From assembly GCA_963719365.1 (NCBI GenBank), contig OY970380.1, positions 3,005,885 to 3,069,884 on the forward strand: a stretch of DNA of 64,000 bases. The letters are read 5' to 3'. The translations under genes and the position numbers were made by a program. Every line of letters begins with the position of its first letter. Position 1 is the stretch's first letter. This document shows positions 17,962-27,137 of the stretch, in pieces. This DNA is from Thermoanaerobaculia bacterium (GTDB taxonomy: Bacteria > Acidobacteriota > Thermoanaerobaculia > Gp7-AA8). A model generated the notes under the pieces. That model was given only the letters and a program-made list of their open reading frames with translations, was not told the DNA's origin and ran no database searches.

Positions 17962-19263
17962 TTGAGTCGTTTGAGGAATCGTTTTGTCAATCCGCTGCTC
18001 ATCGCGGCCGTAGCGTTATTCACATCGACAGTTGCCATGGCCGGAGTCGTTGGGAGCGGAACCCCGGCGTCATGCACCGAGGGGGCGTTGTCGACGCAAA
18101 TCCAGGCCGGCGGCACCGTAACGTTCAACTGCGGCGCCGGAGCGCAGACCATCCCCTTCACGTTCACCCTGGCAATCGGAGCGTCGAACCCGAAAGTCAC
18201 GATCGACGGCAATGACGCCATCACACTCGACGGAACCGGCTTGACGTTGGGCATGCTGAGCGTCTTCGGCGACGCGACGACCTTGCCGGATGTGACGTTC
18301 AAGCGCATCACGTTCGCCAACGGCAACATCACGACGGGGCTGAACGCTGGCGGTGCGATCCAGAACTTCGGAAAGCTGACACTCGACACGGTCACGGTCA
18401 GGAACAGTCACGCGGACGGAAACGGCGCCCTTTTCCAGGAGCTCTGTACCGGCTGTCCCGACGCCTCGCTCGTCGTCACGCACTGTCTATTTCAGAACAA
18501 CAGCACCGGCAGTGGTGGCTCCGCGATCACCATGGAAGGCGGAAACGCCGCCATCTCCGATTCAACGTTCACCGGCAATTCCGGACCGAGCGGCGGAGCC
18601 ATCTACATCTACGGCAACTCCACGTTCAAAGTGAGCATGTCGATCGACCGCTGCGCGTTCAACGGAAATGCAGCCACATTCGGCGGCGGTGCCATCGCGG
18701 TCGAGGTGCTCAACGCCGGCAGCAGCGTCTCGATCACGAATGACACCTTCACAGGCAACTCCGCCACCGGAGCGACCGGTCAAGGCTCGGCCATCTACAT
18801 CGGCGCGTCGCCGGTGACGATTACCAATTGCACGATCGCCGGCAACACCGCTGCGACGGCAGGCGGCGCCGTTTACTTCGGTGATCGCACGACGGCCATC
18901 AACAACACGATCATCGCCAGCAACAGCGGCGGCAATTGTTCGTTTGCTTCCTCGGGCACCTTTACCGGAGGACACAACATTCAGTACGGCGACTCCACCT
19001 GCTTGCTGATGAACGTAGCCAATCCGCTGCTTGGCTCGCTGACAGACAACGGCGGACCGGCGCGCACGATGGCCCTCGGCACCAACAGTCCCGCCATCGA
19101 CGCCGCCGATCCCGCCAAGGCTCCGGCGACGGACGCACGCGGCATCGTACGAACCGACGGCAACGGAGATGGAATCGTCGTCGCCGATATCGGATCGTTC
19201 GAGGCGCCAACCGCGACGACGAACACGAATCCAGTGGGACGCCACCACGCCGTTCGCCCGTAA
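17962..19263 (+). CDS. secreted right-handed beta-helix protein with a choice-of-anchor-Q-like C-terminal region
   Basis: TTG start and a signal peptide. Repeated G-x-GGAI/NS motifs indicate parallel beta-helix repeats. The C-terminal region NPLLGSLTDNGGPARTMALGTNSPAIDAADP...TDARGIVR fits choice-of-anchor Q. Confidence 0.75.
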   Translation: MSRLRNRFVNPLLIAAVALFTSTVAMAGVVGSGTPASCTEGALSTQIQAGGTVTFNCGAGAQTIPFTFTLAIGASNPKVTIDGNDAITLDGTGLTLGMLSVFGDATTLPDVTFKRITFANGNITTGLNAGGAIQNFGKLTLDTVTVRNSHADGNGALFQELCTGCPDASLVVTHCLFQNNSTGSGGSAITMEGGNAAISDSTFTGNSGPSGGAIYIYGNSTFKVSMSIDRCAFNGNAATFGGGAIAVEVLNAGSSVSITNDTFTGNSATGATGQGSAIYIGASPVTITNCTIAGNTAATAGGAVYFGDRTTAINNTIIASNSGGNCSFASSGTFTGGHNIQYGDSTCLLMNVANPLLGSLTDNGGPARTMALGTNSPAIDAADPAKAPATDARGIVRTDGNGDGIVVADIGSFEAPTATTNTNPVGRHHAVRP

Positions 19264-19280
19264 ACGTGATGCACAAAAAA

Positions 19281-19310
19281 AGGCCGGGCGCGTGCCCGGC
19301 CTTTCGCGTT
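19281..19310. terminator. bidirectional Rho-independent terminator
   Basis: The stem aggccgggc/gcccggcct with loop gcgt is preceded by an A7 run and followed by a T-rich tract. It lies between convergent genes. Confidence 0.7.
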
Positions 19311-19323
19311 TCGCTTTGATTCA

Positions 19324-19602
19324 CTACCTCGGCGTCACCGCGCGATAGATGTGCGCGCGCTGCCGCATGTGCCACTGGTGAAGCCGCTGGAACATGCCCG
19401 CGACGCCGTGGTGACGCGGAGCGTGTTGCGCGCTGTTCACGACGATTACGTGACGCGCGTGCGGCGGTCCCGGCGGCAACACGCTCGCGTTGACGTCGAC
19501 GACCTCGGTGCTTCGATGATGCGGCGGTGCCGCGAGCGCCGCTGGCGTGCCCGCGAGACACAGTGTGAGGATGCCTGCCTGCACTGTTCTGTTGATGTTC
19601 AT
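19324..19602 (-). CDS. small secreted histidine-rich protein
   Basis: The internal ATG at 19602 is preceded by GGAGG. It gives MNINRTVQAGILTLCLAGTPAALA (signal peptide) followed by a mature part of about 68 aa carrying 11 His (PPHH, HARH, HAPRHH, HQWH). Confidence 0.55.
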   Translation of the reverse strand: MNINRTVQAGILTLCLAGTPAALAAPPHHRSTEVVDVNASVLPPGPPHARHVIVVNSAQHAPRHHGVAGMFQRLHQWHMRQRAHIYRAVTPR

Positions 19603-19657
19603 GCTTGCACCTCCAAGTCGATAAAAAGTGCAAGGCGCTGGCCTGTTTGCGGCGGCT

Positions 19658-20008
19658 CTAACTCCCTCGATACGTTGAATATCCATACGGGCTGAGCAGC
19701 AGCGGCACGTGGTAATGCTGTGCCCCCTTTTCCACCATGAACTCGATCACGACGCGCGGAAAGAATCCCTCGGGATTGTAGGAGCCCGTATCGAAGGAGA
19801 TCCTGTACAAGCCCGGCTCCGGCATCTCGTCGACGAATTTCAATCGTCCGTCAGCGTCGGTCGAGCCGCTGGCGATGATCACCCATCCTTCGCGATCCAT
19901 TTGCGGTTCACGAGGAGGCGCCATGTGGGGACCGTGGCTGAGGACGACTTTGATTCCGGCTGCTGGCCGTCCTTTCGTCGTGTCGAGAATGTGCGTCGAA
20001 ATACCCAT
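19658..20008 (-). CDS. uraH: 5-hydroxyisourate hydrolase (transthyretin-like)
   Basis: 116 aa starting MGISTHILDTTKGRPAAG and ending in the family-diagnostic YRGS. Its start overlaps the upstream stop (TGATG). Confidence 0.9.
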   Translation of the reverse strand: MGISTHILDTTKGRPAAGIKVVLSHGPHMAPPREPQMDREGWVIIASGSTDADGRLKFVDEMPEPGLYRISFDTGSYNPEGFFPRVVIEFMVEKGAQHYHVPLLLSPYGYSTYRGS

Positions 20009-21477
20009 CAGCCCACCAGTTTCATCAGACGTAATTTCGTGATCTTCATCTGCTCTGCGGCGGCGATTCGCAATTCCTCGTCGGGCGCATTCTCCAACCG
20101 CTGCCAGGCCATCGCCAGCATCTCGTCGGCACTGCGGCCGGTTGCGCAGACGATGTAGATGTATCCGAAACGCGCTTCGTATTCGCGATTCGCCGCCGCC
20201 AGCGCGTCCATGCTTTCGCTCGACGCCGATGCCGTCCCCGATTGTTCCTGCCGCGCCCAGCGCGATGCCGATCGCTCGCCGATCCGCGGATGCGCGGCAA
20301 ACGCTTCGCGCCAATCGTCCGCCATCAGGCCATTCCAGATCTCCTCGGACGCATGCATCAAGTCATGACCGCTCGCAAACGGACGCGCCGCCAGCATCCG
20401 CCGTACCCACTCGCCCGATCCGCAACAGTTGCGCAGTTGCGCAGCGGCAACATCGTCAGTCAGAGTGCTGACGTACTTTCCGGCGGCATTCGCGCGGCCT
20501 TCTTCCGAAGCCACGCCGAAGACGCGCAGCCGGCTCACACCGCCGTCGGGAAAAACGTTCAGCCGCAGGTGCGTCACCGGCCCGTTCTGCTCCAGCTCAT
20601 CGATGAAGAGATGCCGCGTGTGCGCCTGCAACTTCGTTCGCGGCAAAATATCGAACCATTCATTGCTGGCGAATGCGCGCGTGCCCTCGATCGAAGCAGT
20701 GTCGGGATAGTTGCCTTTGAAGTGATTCGTGTCCACCTCGATGCGCTTCACGACACCCTCGGCGGCAAGTTGCACGATCACCCAATCGTGTCCCGGCCCG
20801 CGCCGCCGCTTCGTCTCCCAACCATCGCTCATGTTGGCCGCGCGGCCCGGCATGATCAGGTTGTGCTTCGGACCGAAGAACATGTCGCTGCACGCCAGCA
20901 CGTCGCCGCCATGTTCTGCCGCGGCGAGATCCGTCTCGATCGACAGGCCGCCCTCGCGGCGCCAGTCGGGAACCACTTCGCCATGCACGCGCAACCGCGC
21001 CACGCCGCCGTCGGGAAAGATGCGCAGCCGCAAATGCGTGAACGCAAACGCCGAACCGGTCGCGAAGAGATTCTCCGAATTGCCCTCGAGATCGGACTTC
21101 GGAAGAATCTCGATCCAGTTCGTCGACTCCGACAACAACTTCTCCACATCCGCCTCGGGACGCGCCGCGCACGCCTCGATCGAGCATTGCGCCGGATAGT
21201 TCCCCCGAAAAAACGCCGTATCGACGACGACACCACGCACGATGCCGCGAAGCCCGAGCCGGATAATCGCGAAGTCGTGACCGGGAATCCGCTTCCGACG
21301 GCTCTCCCACCCATCCATCCACTTCCCGCGATCGGTGTACTCGTGCTCTTTCCATACCGGCTTCGATGCCTTGAGAAGATTTTCCTTCTCCGCGAAATAG
21401 TCGTCGGTGGCATAGAGCACGGAGCCGCCGAGGCGCTCGGAAGCGAGATCGAGGAGATCCTGGAAGTTTGTTGTCAT
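20008..21477 (-). CDS. allantoicase fused to OHCU decarboxylase
   Basis: 489 aa. Two allantoicase repeats are present (GWESRRKR..., GWETKRRRGPGHDW...). The C-terminal ~160 aa (CCGSGEWVRRMLAARPF...AHPRIGE...FGYIYIVCATGRSADEML) match OHCU decarboxylase. Confidence 0.85.
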   Translation of the reverse strand: MTTNFQDLLDLASERLGGSVLYATDDYFAEKENLLKASKPVWKEHEYTDRGKWMDGWESRRKRIPGHDFAIIRLGLRGIVRGVVVDTAFFRGNYPAQCSIEACAARPEADVEKLLSESTNWIEILPKSDLEGNSENLFATGSAFAFTHLRLRIFPDGGVARLRVHGEVVPDWRREGGLSIETDLAAAEHGGDVLACSDMFFGPKHNLIMPGRAANMSDGWETKRRRGPGHDWVIVQLAAEGVVKRIEVDTNHFKGNYPDTASIEGTRAFASNEWFDILPRTKLQAHTRHLFIDELEQNGPVTHLRLNVFPDGGVSRLRVFGVASEEGRANAAGKYVSTLTDDVAAAQLRNCCGSGEWVRRMLAARPFASGHDLMHASEEIWNGLMADDWREAFAAHPRIGERSASRWARQEQSGTASASSESMDALAAANREYEARFGYIYIVCATGRSADEMLAMAWQRLENAPDEELRIAAAEQMKITKLRLMKLVG

Positions 21478-21500
21478 TTATCTTTCAGCAACAAGAAGAA

Positions 21501-21593
21501 CCGAATGTTGAATGTTCAGTGTTGAGTGTTGGATGTTGAATGAAACACGCGGCGATCACCGACTCCATTCAACACTCAACACTCAACATTCCG
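21501..21593. repeat. heptad-periodic palindromic element (TGTTGAR family), copy 1
   Basis: The sequence is ccgaatg ttgaatg ttcagtg ttgagtg ttggatg ttgaatg, then a 22-nt spacer, then cattcaa cactcaa cactcaa cattccg. It sits in the allB-allantoicase intergenic spacer. Confidence 0.85.
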
Positions 21594-21607
21594 CTTTTGA
21601 CGCACCT

Positions 21608-22933
21608 TCACCCACGCACCCACTCCCCGACAGTCCCGCCCAAATGCCGGCCATCCTCCCACACCTTGTGGCCGCGAACGAACGTCGCTTTCACGACGCC
21701 GCTCAGCGTTTCGCCCGCATACGGTGTGACCTTGTGCCGGTGTTGCACGAGCTCCGTCTTCACGACGAAACGCTTCTCCGGATCGAAGACGACGATGTCC
21801 GCATCGTACCCGGCAGCGAGGCGTCCTTTGCGCTTGTCCAGTCCCGCCAGCGTCGCCGGACCGATCGTCATCAGCTCCACGATTTTCTCGAATGCAATCC
21901 CACGCCGCTTCGCCTCGGTCCAGACAATCGGCAATCCAAATTGCAGCGATGCGATGCCGCCCCAGGCCCTGGCGATGTCGCCTTCCTCCATCCGTTTCAA
22001 CTCCGGCGTGCATGGCGAGTGATCGCTGACGATGGCGATGAACAAGCCTTCTTCGATGCCGCGCCACAACGCATCGCGGTTGGCGCGTTCGCGGATCGGC
22101 GGCGCGCATTTGAACTCCGTCGCGCCGTCCGGCACACGCTCGGCGTCGAAGTAGAGATAGTGCGGCGTCGTCTCCGCCGTCAACGGCACATTCGCATCGC
22201 GCGCGCGCCGGATCGTCTCCAGTCCATTCGCAGACGACAGATGAACGATGTGCGCCTTCGCCCCCGTCTTGCGCACACATTCATACACCAGCGCAATCGC
22301 CGCATCCTCGGCCTCATGCGGCCGCGACGCGAGATAGCTCGCATACGAGCTCGCATCATCGCCATGTGCGTGAAGATGCTCGCCCAACTCCGCATGAACG
22401 AGCAGCGGCGCGTTCGTTCCACGCAATTCGTTCAGCGCTTTTTCCAGACCAGCGGCATCGAGATGCCCAAACTCCGGAACGCCCGAGTCGACCAGAAAAC
22501 ACTTGAAGCCGCGGGCGCCGGCTTCGAGCATCGGCCGGAGCTGACCCGCGTTCCCCGGCACCGCACCGCCCCACAACGCAACATCGACGCGGCACTTGCC
22601 CTGAAGCGCATGAACCTTCGTCTCCAGTGCCGAAACCGAAGTCGTCGGCGGAATCGAATTCAACGGCATATCGACAATCGTCGTCACGCCGCCCGCCGCC
22701 GCCGCATGCGTCGCCGTCTCAAACCCCTCCCACTCCGTCCGCCCCGGCTCATTCACATGCACGTGCGAATCGACCACGCCCGGCATCAGCGTCAGCTCGC
22801 CGAAGTCGTCAATCGCGACACCGTCAGCAACATGGTCGTACGCGCCAACACGATCGATAACCGCACCCTTCACATGAATCGTCGCCGGACGAATCCCCTC
22901 CGGCGTAACGACATTGCGGCTGCGAAGAATCAC
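21608..22933 (-). CDS. allB: allantoinase
   Basis: Cyclic amidohydrolase motifs are present (PGVVDSHVHVNEPGRTEWEGF, metal-binding His/Asp). I chose the start at GTG 22933 (VILRSRNVVTPEG), which overlaps the upstream stop as GTGA. The longer ORF would overlap the DUF5131 gene. Confidence 0.85.
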   Translation of the reverse strand: MILRSRNVVTPEGIRPATIHVKGAVIDRVGAYDHVADGVAIDDFGELTLMPGVVDSHVHVNEPGRTEWEGFETATHAAAAGGVTTIVDMPLNSIPPTTSVSALETKVHALQGKCRVDVALWGGAVPGNAGQLRPMLEAGARGFKCFLVDSGVPEFGHLDAAGLEKALNELRGTNAPLLVHAELGEHLHAHGDDASSYASYLASRPHEAEDAAIALVYECVRKTGAKAHIVHLSSANGLETIRRARDANVPLTAETTPHYLYFDAERVPDGATEFKCAPPIRERANRDALWRGIEEGLFIAIVSDHSPCTPELKRMEEGDIARAWGGIASLQFGLPIVWTEAKRRGIAFEKIVELMTIGPATLAGLDKRKGRLAAGYDADIVVFDPEKRFVVKTELVQHRHKVTPYAGETLSGVVKATFVRGHKVWEDGRHLGGTVGEWVRG

Positions 22934-23685
22934 GCGGTGGATGATAGCGGACGAGCGGCTCCAACCACGGGCATGTAGTCGTACGTGCGCCCGTTCAGCT
23001 CCCGGCCGGCCTTTTTCTTGCGTACGCCTCCCCATTGCTTGAAGAAGAACGGCACGTGCGACGCTTCGCACTGGTCAAGGAGCGACGTAACCCATTCGCG
23101 CCTCATCGGACGAGCGCCTGGTCCTGATTCGCCGCCGACAATGACCCAACTGATGCCGGCCAGGTCAATCTCGCCAAGATCTTCCAGAAGCGGCTCGATT
23201 GAAAGAAAGCGAACAGCAGCGGGTGTATCCCGAAGATGATCGATCCTTGGAACGCCGTATTTGCGATCCTCCACGCTCACTCCCCACCAGATGTGAGGCA
23301 TCGCGGCAATCTCGCGGAGCTCACCGCTCAGCATCGAACGGAGGCGCTGTGAGCGCTTGGTCAGGACCTGAAACACATGCCAATCTGCTCGGCGCATCAC
23401 GTCCGCAACAGCTAGTACATAGCCGGCTGCCACTTCATCCTGAAAGAGATCGCTCATTGAGTTGACAAAGATGTTGCGGGCGCTCGACCAGCGAAGCGGG
23501 ACATCGAGCTTTTCAGGTACCAATCGGAGATCAAAGCCTTGTTCGTATGGATGTCCCGGAACTCCCCGAAAGCGTTCCGCAAAAGTCGCTGCATAGCAAT
23601 TCTTGCAGCCGGGACTCACCTTCACGCAACCCCGAACCGGGTTCCAGGTTGCATCGGTCCATTCGATCGTTGATTTATCTGACAT
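22930..23685 (-). CDS. phage Gp37/Gp68 family protein (DUF5131), three-Cys-motif protein
   Basis: MSDKSTIEWTDATWNPVRGCVKVSPGCKNCYA... is the characteristic N-terminus with the C-x6-C-x2-C motif. The gene is about 251 aa and markedly lower in GC than its flanks. Confidence 0.85.
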   Translation of the reverse strand: MSDKSTIEWTDATWNPVRGCVKVSPGCKNCYAATFAERFRGVPGHPYEQGFDLRLVPEKLDVPLRWSSARNIFVNSMSDLFQDEVAAGYVLAVADVMRRADWHVFQVLTKRSQRLRSMLSGELREIAAMPHIWWGVSVEDRKYGVPRIDHLRDTPAAVRFLSIEPLLEDLGEIDLAGISWVIVGGESGPGARPMRREWVTSLLDQCEASHVPFFFKQWGGVRKKKAGRELNGRTYDYMPVVGAARPLSSTA

Positions 23686-23690
23686 TGCTC

Positions 23691-24548
23691 TCACATAAAC
23701 GAAAACTTCGTTTGAGTACGCGTGTACTTCTTGCATTCATCCCAGAATCGACCCGCCAAGGGAGCGCGGCTGAAGAATGACAGATGGTAAATCACCGAGT
23801 TCTTCTCGTTCTTGATGGTTCGTGTACTTGGCACGCCTTCCCATAGAAAACCCAGCCGCTCCATCGCCAATCCGAACTGGTCGACGAAGAAACTTGCAAA
23901 CCCTCGACGATTTTGCTCTTCGATTTTCCACGCGTCCCGCCAAGCAGGATTGTCCAGAAAATCCGCGTACAGGGAGTTCTCTTGGCGAGTGTTTCTCTGA
24001 GCGTCCATACCAGATGGGATCAGGCACAGAAAGTCGATCCTTCGTTTGCCTTCCGCAAGCTGCCTGATCGTTTCGAACTTGAGATTCTTGATGTTGAACG
24101 GATCGACAAAGCAAAACGTCAACACACGGTTACCAGAAGAGTACGGTGGAATTAGGCTCAGTACTTGCCCCACAGTGGCATTTGAGTCGCCTGGCACGTA
24201 ACGAACGTCCCGGTCCGGATAGTCAAGCCTAACGCGCGACTTTAGCGCTTCGATGTTCGCTTCATCGAGATCGCAGAAGATATATCGATCGAAAGGGTCC
24301 GTGATACCAAGAGCGAGAAGCGGCGATGCTGGAACAATTCGGCCGGAGTCCCTCAATCGCGCCCGGCCAGCTCCCGAGTAGAGGTCGATGTAGATGCGCT
24401 GCTCCCACTTGTTTTTCATCGAACGCGCAAAGACCTGCGCATAACAACTGACGAGTTGATATTTCTCTTCGGCCCATTCGCCCACGACTGGAGTGGCCAA
24501 CCCGTCATCTGCCAGTGATGGCAATGCTTCCATGAATAAAGAGTACAC
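23691..24548 (-). CDS. tcmP: three-Cys-motif partner protein TcmP
   Basis: 285 aa. The N-terminal region EWAEEKYQLVSCYAQVFARSM...IYIDLYSGAGR and its position directly upstream of a Gp37/Gp68 gene fit the TIGR04474 description as I recall it. The gene is low in GC. Confidence 0.7.
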   Translation of the reverse strand: MYSLFMEALPSLADDGLATPVVGEWAEEKYQLVSCYAQVFARSMKNKWEQRIYIDLYSGAGRARLRDSGRIVPASPLLALGITDPFDRYIFCDLDEANIEALKSRVRLDYPDRDVRYVPGDSNATVGQVLSLIPPYSSGNRVLTFCFVDPFNIKNLKFETIRQLAEGKRRIDFLCLIPSGMDAQRNTRQENSLYADFLDNPAWRDAWKIEEQNRRGFASFFVDQFGLAMERLGFLWEGVPSTRTIKNEKNSVIYHLSFFSRAPLAGRFWDECKKYTRTQTKFSFM

Positions 24549-24595
24549 ATCGGCGGGTCATCCTCCAAATTAACTACAGGCGGTAGAACCTCTGT

Positions 24596-26941
24596 CTACA
24601 TCTGCGGCGCCGCCACTTCGCGCGCATCGGCTCCGCGGACGGCGTGACGGTAATCGCTCATCCGCATCAGAATCTCTTCGCCCGTTGCAGGTGCGTGCAG
24701 CCTCGGGATCTCGCCTTCGCTGAGGTAAGACAGCGCGTTCTTCACGGCCATCCAGACGGAGATCGCCAGGACCAGCGGCGGCTCGCCGGTGGCTTTGCTC
24801 GATCGGATATTCAGCGCGTTTTCGGCGTCGATCCAATCGACGTTGAAGATTGGCGGAACGTCCTGAATGTTGGGGATCTTGTATGTTGTCGGTGAGTGCG
24901 AAAGCACGTTGCCTTTGGCGTCGTGCCGCACTTCTTCGTTCGTCAGCCAGCCCATGCCCTGAATGAACGCGCCGGTGATCTGGCCGCGGTCGATGCCGGG
25001 ATTGATCGGCTTGCCGATGTCCATGAGCAGATCGCTGCGGCGCACGTGCATCATGCCGGTGAAGCGGTCGATCTCGACTTCGGAAATTGCGGTGCCCTGC
25101 GTGAAATAGAGGAACGGCGCGCCGCATCCTTTGTCAACATCCCAATCGAGACCTTGCGTCGAATAAAAACCGCGCTCGCCGACGGAGACGCGCTCGAGGT
25201 GACACATCTTCACGAGCGCGGGAAACGGAACGCGTTGCGGGGGATTGCGGCGATCGAACACTTCGCCATTTTCGAAAACGATCTCGTCTGCCGATTGCTC
25301 GATGCCATCGACGCGCTCGAAATACTCGGCGGCAACGTCCGCCATGCGCGCGCGAATTTTCCGGCAGGCGTCGGCGGCGGCGCTGCCATTGAGATCGGCG
25401 CCGCTCGACGCCGCGGTCGCCGAGGTGTTGTTGTTTTTCTCGGTGGAGGTGGCCATGAGTTGCACGTGCCCGGCATCGATTCCGAATTCGTCGGCCACGA
25501 TCTGGCGGATCTTCGTATTGACGCCCTGCCCCATCTCCGTCGCGCCTGTCGAGACCTGCACCGAACCGTCGAGATAGACGTTGACGAGCGCGTTGGCCTG
25601 ATTGAGGAACTTTGTGTTGAACGAGATTCCGAACTTCACGGCCGTGCAGGCGATGCCGCGCAAATGCGTGCGCGATGACGCGTTGAAATCGGCGACCTGC
25701 GCCACGCGCTCGTGATAGTCGCCGCGCTTCGCGATCTCATCGAAGAGGTGCGGCAGGTGATTGTTGCGCACGACCTGACCGTATGGCGTGGTGTTGCGGT
25801 CGTCGATGCCGTAGCAGTTGCGCCGGCGGATCTCGAACGGATCCTTTTTCAGAACGATCGCGATCTCTTCGAGGATCGTCTCGATCGTGGCGATTCCCTG
25901 TGGTCCGCCGAAACCTCGAAAGGCCGTATTCGGCGGATAGTTCAAACGGCAGACCGTCCCCCGAATCAGCGCATTCGGCAGGTAGTAGGCGTTGTCTGCG
26001 TGCGTCAGCGCGCGGCCGAGCACGGACGTGGAGAGATCAGCGAACGCGCCGCCGTCGGAGTAGAAATCGATCTGCGCGGCGGTGATCACGCCGTCGTCAT
26101 CGAACGCCACTTTGTAGTCGTTCTGGAACGGATGGCGCCCACCGGTGACGCACATGTCGTCGTCTTTCCCGTACGCGATGCGCGCTGGACGTTTGAGTTT
26201 GTGCGCGACGAGCGCCGCGATCGTTGCTGGATGGGTGGCCTGACATTCTTTGCCACCGAATCCGCCGCCCATTCTCTTCGTCACGACGACCACTTTGTTG
26301 ATCGGAAGCCCGAGGAGGTGCGCGATGACGTCCTGCACCTCGGAAGGATTCTGCGTCGATGAATGAACGGTGAGCTGATCGAATTCGCCCGGCACCGCCA
26401 GCGCCGCCTGCGACTCGAGATAGAAATGATCCTGGCCGCCGTTGACGAACGTTCCTTCGAGAATGTTCTTCGCCGAGGCGAAGGCGGTCTCGACATCGCC
26501 ACGCCGAATCGTGCTCGTCTTGCCGATGAAGAGGCCGCGCTTCTTCGCCTCATCGATGGTGAAGACCGGCTCCAGCTCTTCGATGTCGATCTTGATCGCT
26601 GCCTTCGCGGCACGAATCGCGGCGCGCGACTCCGCGGCGATGACGACGATCGGGTGCCCGATGAACGACACCACATCCTCGGCCAGCAGGAACTCGTCCT
26701 GAATGATCGCGCCGAAGAGGTTGTGGTGCAGATCGCGATACGTGAAGAGACCGGCGATACCGGGCAACGCGCGGGCGGCGTCGAGGTCGATCGCGCGGAT
26801 GCGTCCGTGCGCGACCGGCGACCAGACAAAGTCGACGATCAGCTCACTGCGCAGCGGCGCCATATCGTCGATGTAAACCGATTCGCCGCTGACGTGACCA
26901 GCGGCCGAATCGTGCGGGATGTTTTTTCCGACCGAGGGCAT
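24596..26941 (-). CDS. xdhB: xanthine dehydrogenase molybdopterin-binding subunit
   Basis: I chose the start at ATG 26941 (MPSVGKNIPHDSAAGHVSGESVYIDD). XDH-type active-site motifs GGGFGGKE, AFRGFGGPQG and KATGEPPL are present. The upstream 48 codons of the tracked ORF just read through the repeat element. Confidence 0.88.
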   Translation of the reverse strand: MPSVGKNIPHDSAAGHVSGESVYIDDMAPLRSELIVDFVWSPVAHGRIRAIDLDAARALPGIAGLFTYRDLHHNLFGAIIQDEFLLAEDVVSFIGHPIVVIAAESRAAIRAAKAAIKIDIEELEPVFTIDEAKKRGLFIGKTSTIRRGDVETAFASAKNILEGTFVNGGQDHFYLESQAALAVPGEFDQLTVHSSTQNPSEVQDVIAHLLGLPINKVVVVTKRMGGGFGGKECQATHPATIAALVAHKLKRPARIAYGKDDDMCVTGGRHPFQNDYKVAFDDDGVITAAQIDFYSDGGAFADLSTSVLGRALTHADNAYYLPNALIRGTVCRLNYPPNTAFRGFGGPQGIATIETILEEIAIVLKKDPFEIRRRNCYGIDDRNTTPYGQVVRNNHLPHLFDEIAKRGDYHERVAQVADFNASSRTHLRGIACTAVKFGISFNTKFLNQANALVNVYLDGSVQVSTGATEMGQGVNTKIRQIVADEFGIDAGHVQLMATSTEKNNNTSATAASSGADLNGSAAADACRKIRARMADVAAEYFERVDGIEQSADEIVFENGEVFDRRNPPQRVPFPALVKMCHLERVSVGERGFYSTQGLDWDVDKGCGAPFLYFTQGTAISEVEIDRFTGMMHVRRSDLLMDIGKPINPGIDRGQITGAFIQGMGWLTNEEVRHDAKGNVLSHSPTTYKIPNIQDVPPIFNVDWIDAENALNIRSSKATGEPPLVLAISVWMAVKNALSYLSEGEIPRLHAPATGEEILMRMSDYRHAVRGADAREVAAPQM

Positions 26942-27004
26942 GGGGAAAGTATAACGGGGAGGCGGTGGGTTGGCGCGGGCTCGGCTGGAATCGAGCTCGA
27001 AGAA

Positions 27005-27117
27005 GCGGAATGTTGAATGTTGGGTGTTGAATGTGAATGTTGAATGTTGAATGCCCGCGAGCTTCTTTTTCACTTCATTCAACATTTACACTCAACATCC
27101 AACATTCAGCATTCCGC
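27005..27117. repeat. heptad-periodic palindromic element (TGTTGAR family), copy 2
   Basis: The sequence is gcggaatg ttgaatg ttgggtg ttgaatg tgaatg ttgaatg ttgaatg, then a spacer, then attcaac atttacactcaac atccaac attcagc attccgc. It has the same CGGAATG/CATTCCG ends as copy 1 and lies between marR and xdhB. Confidence 0.85.
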
Positions 27118-27137
27118 TGTTCACCGCGAACGGATGC

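Noticed and set aside
26942-27085. N-terminal 48-codon extension of the xdhB ORF
   Set aside because: It merely reads through the heptad palindrome (peptide HSTFTFNTQHSTF). The conserved XdhB N-terminus starts at the ATG at 26941.
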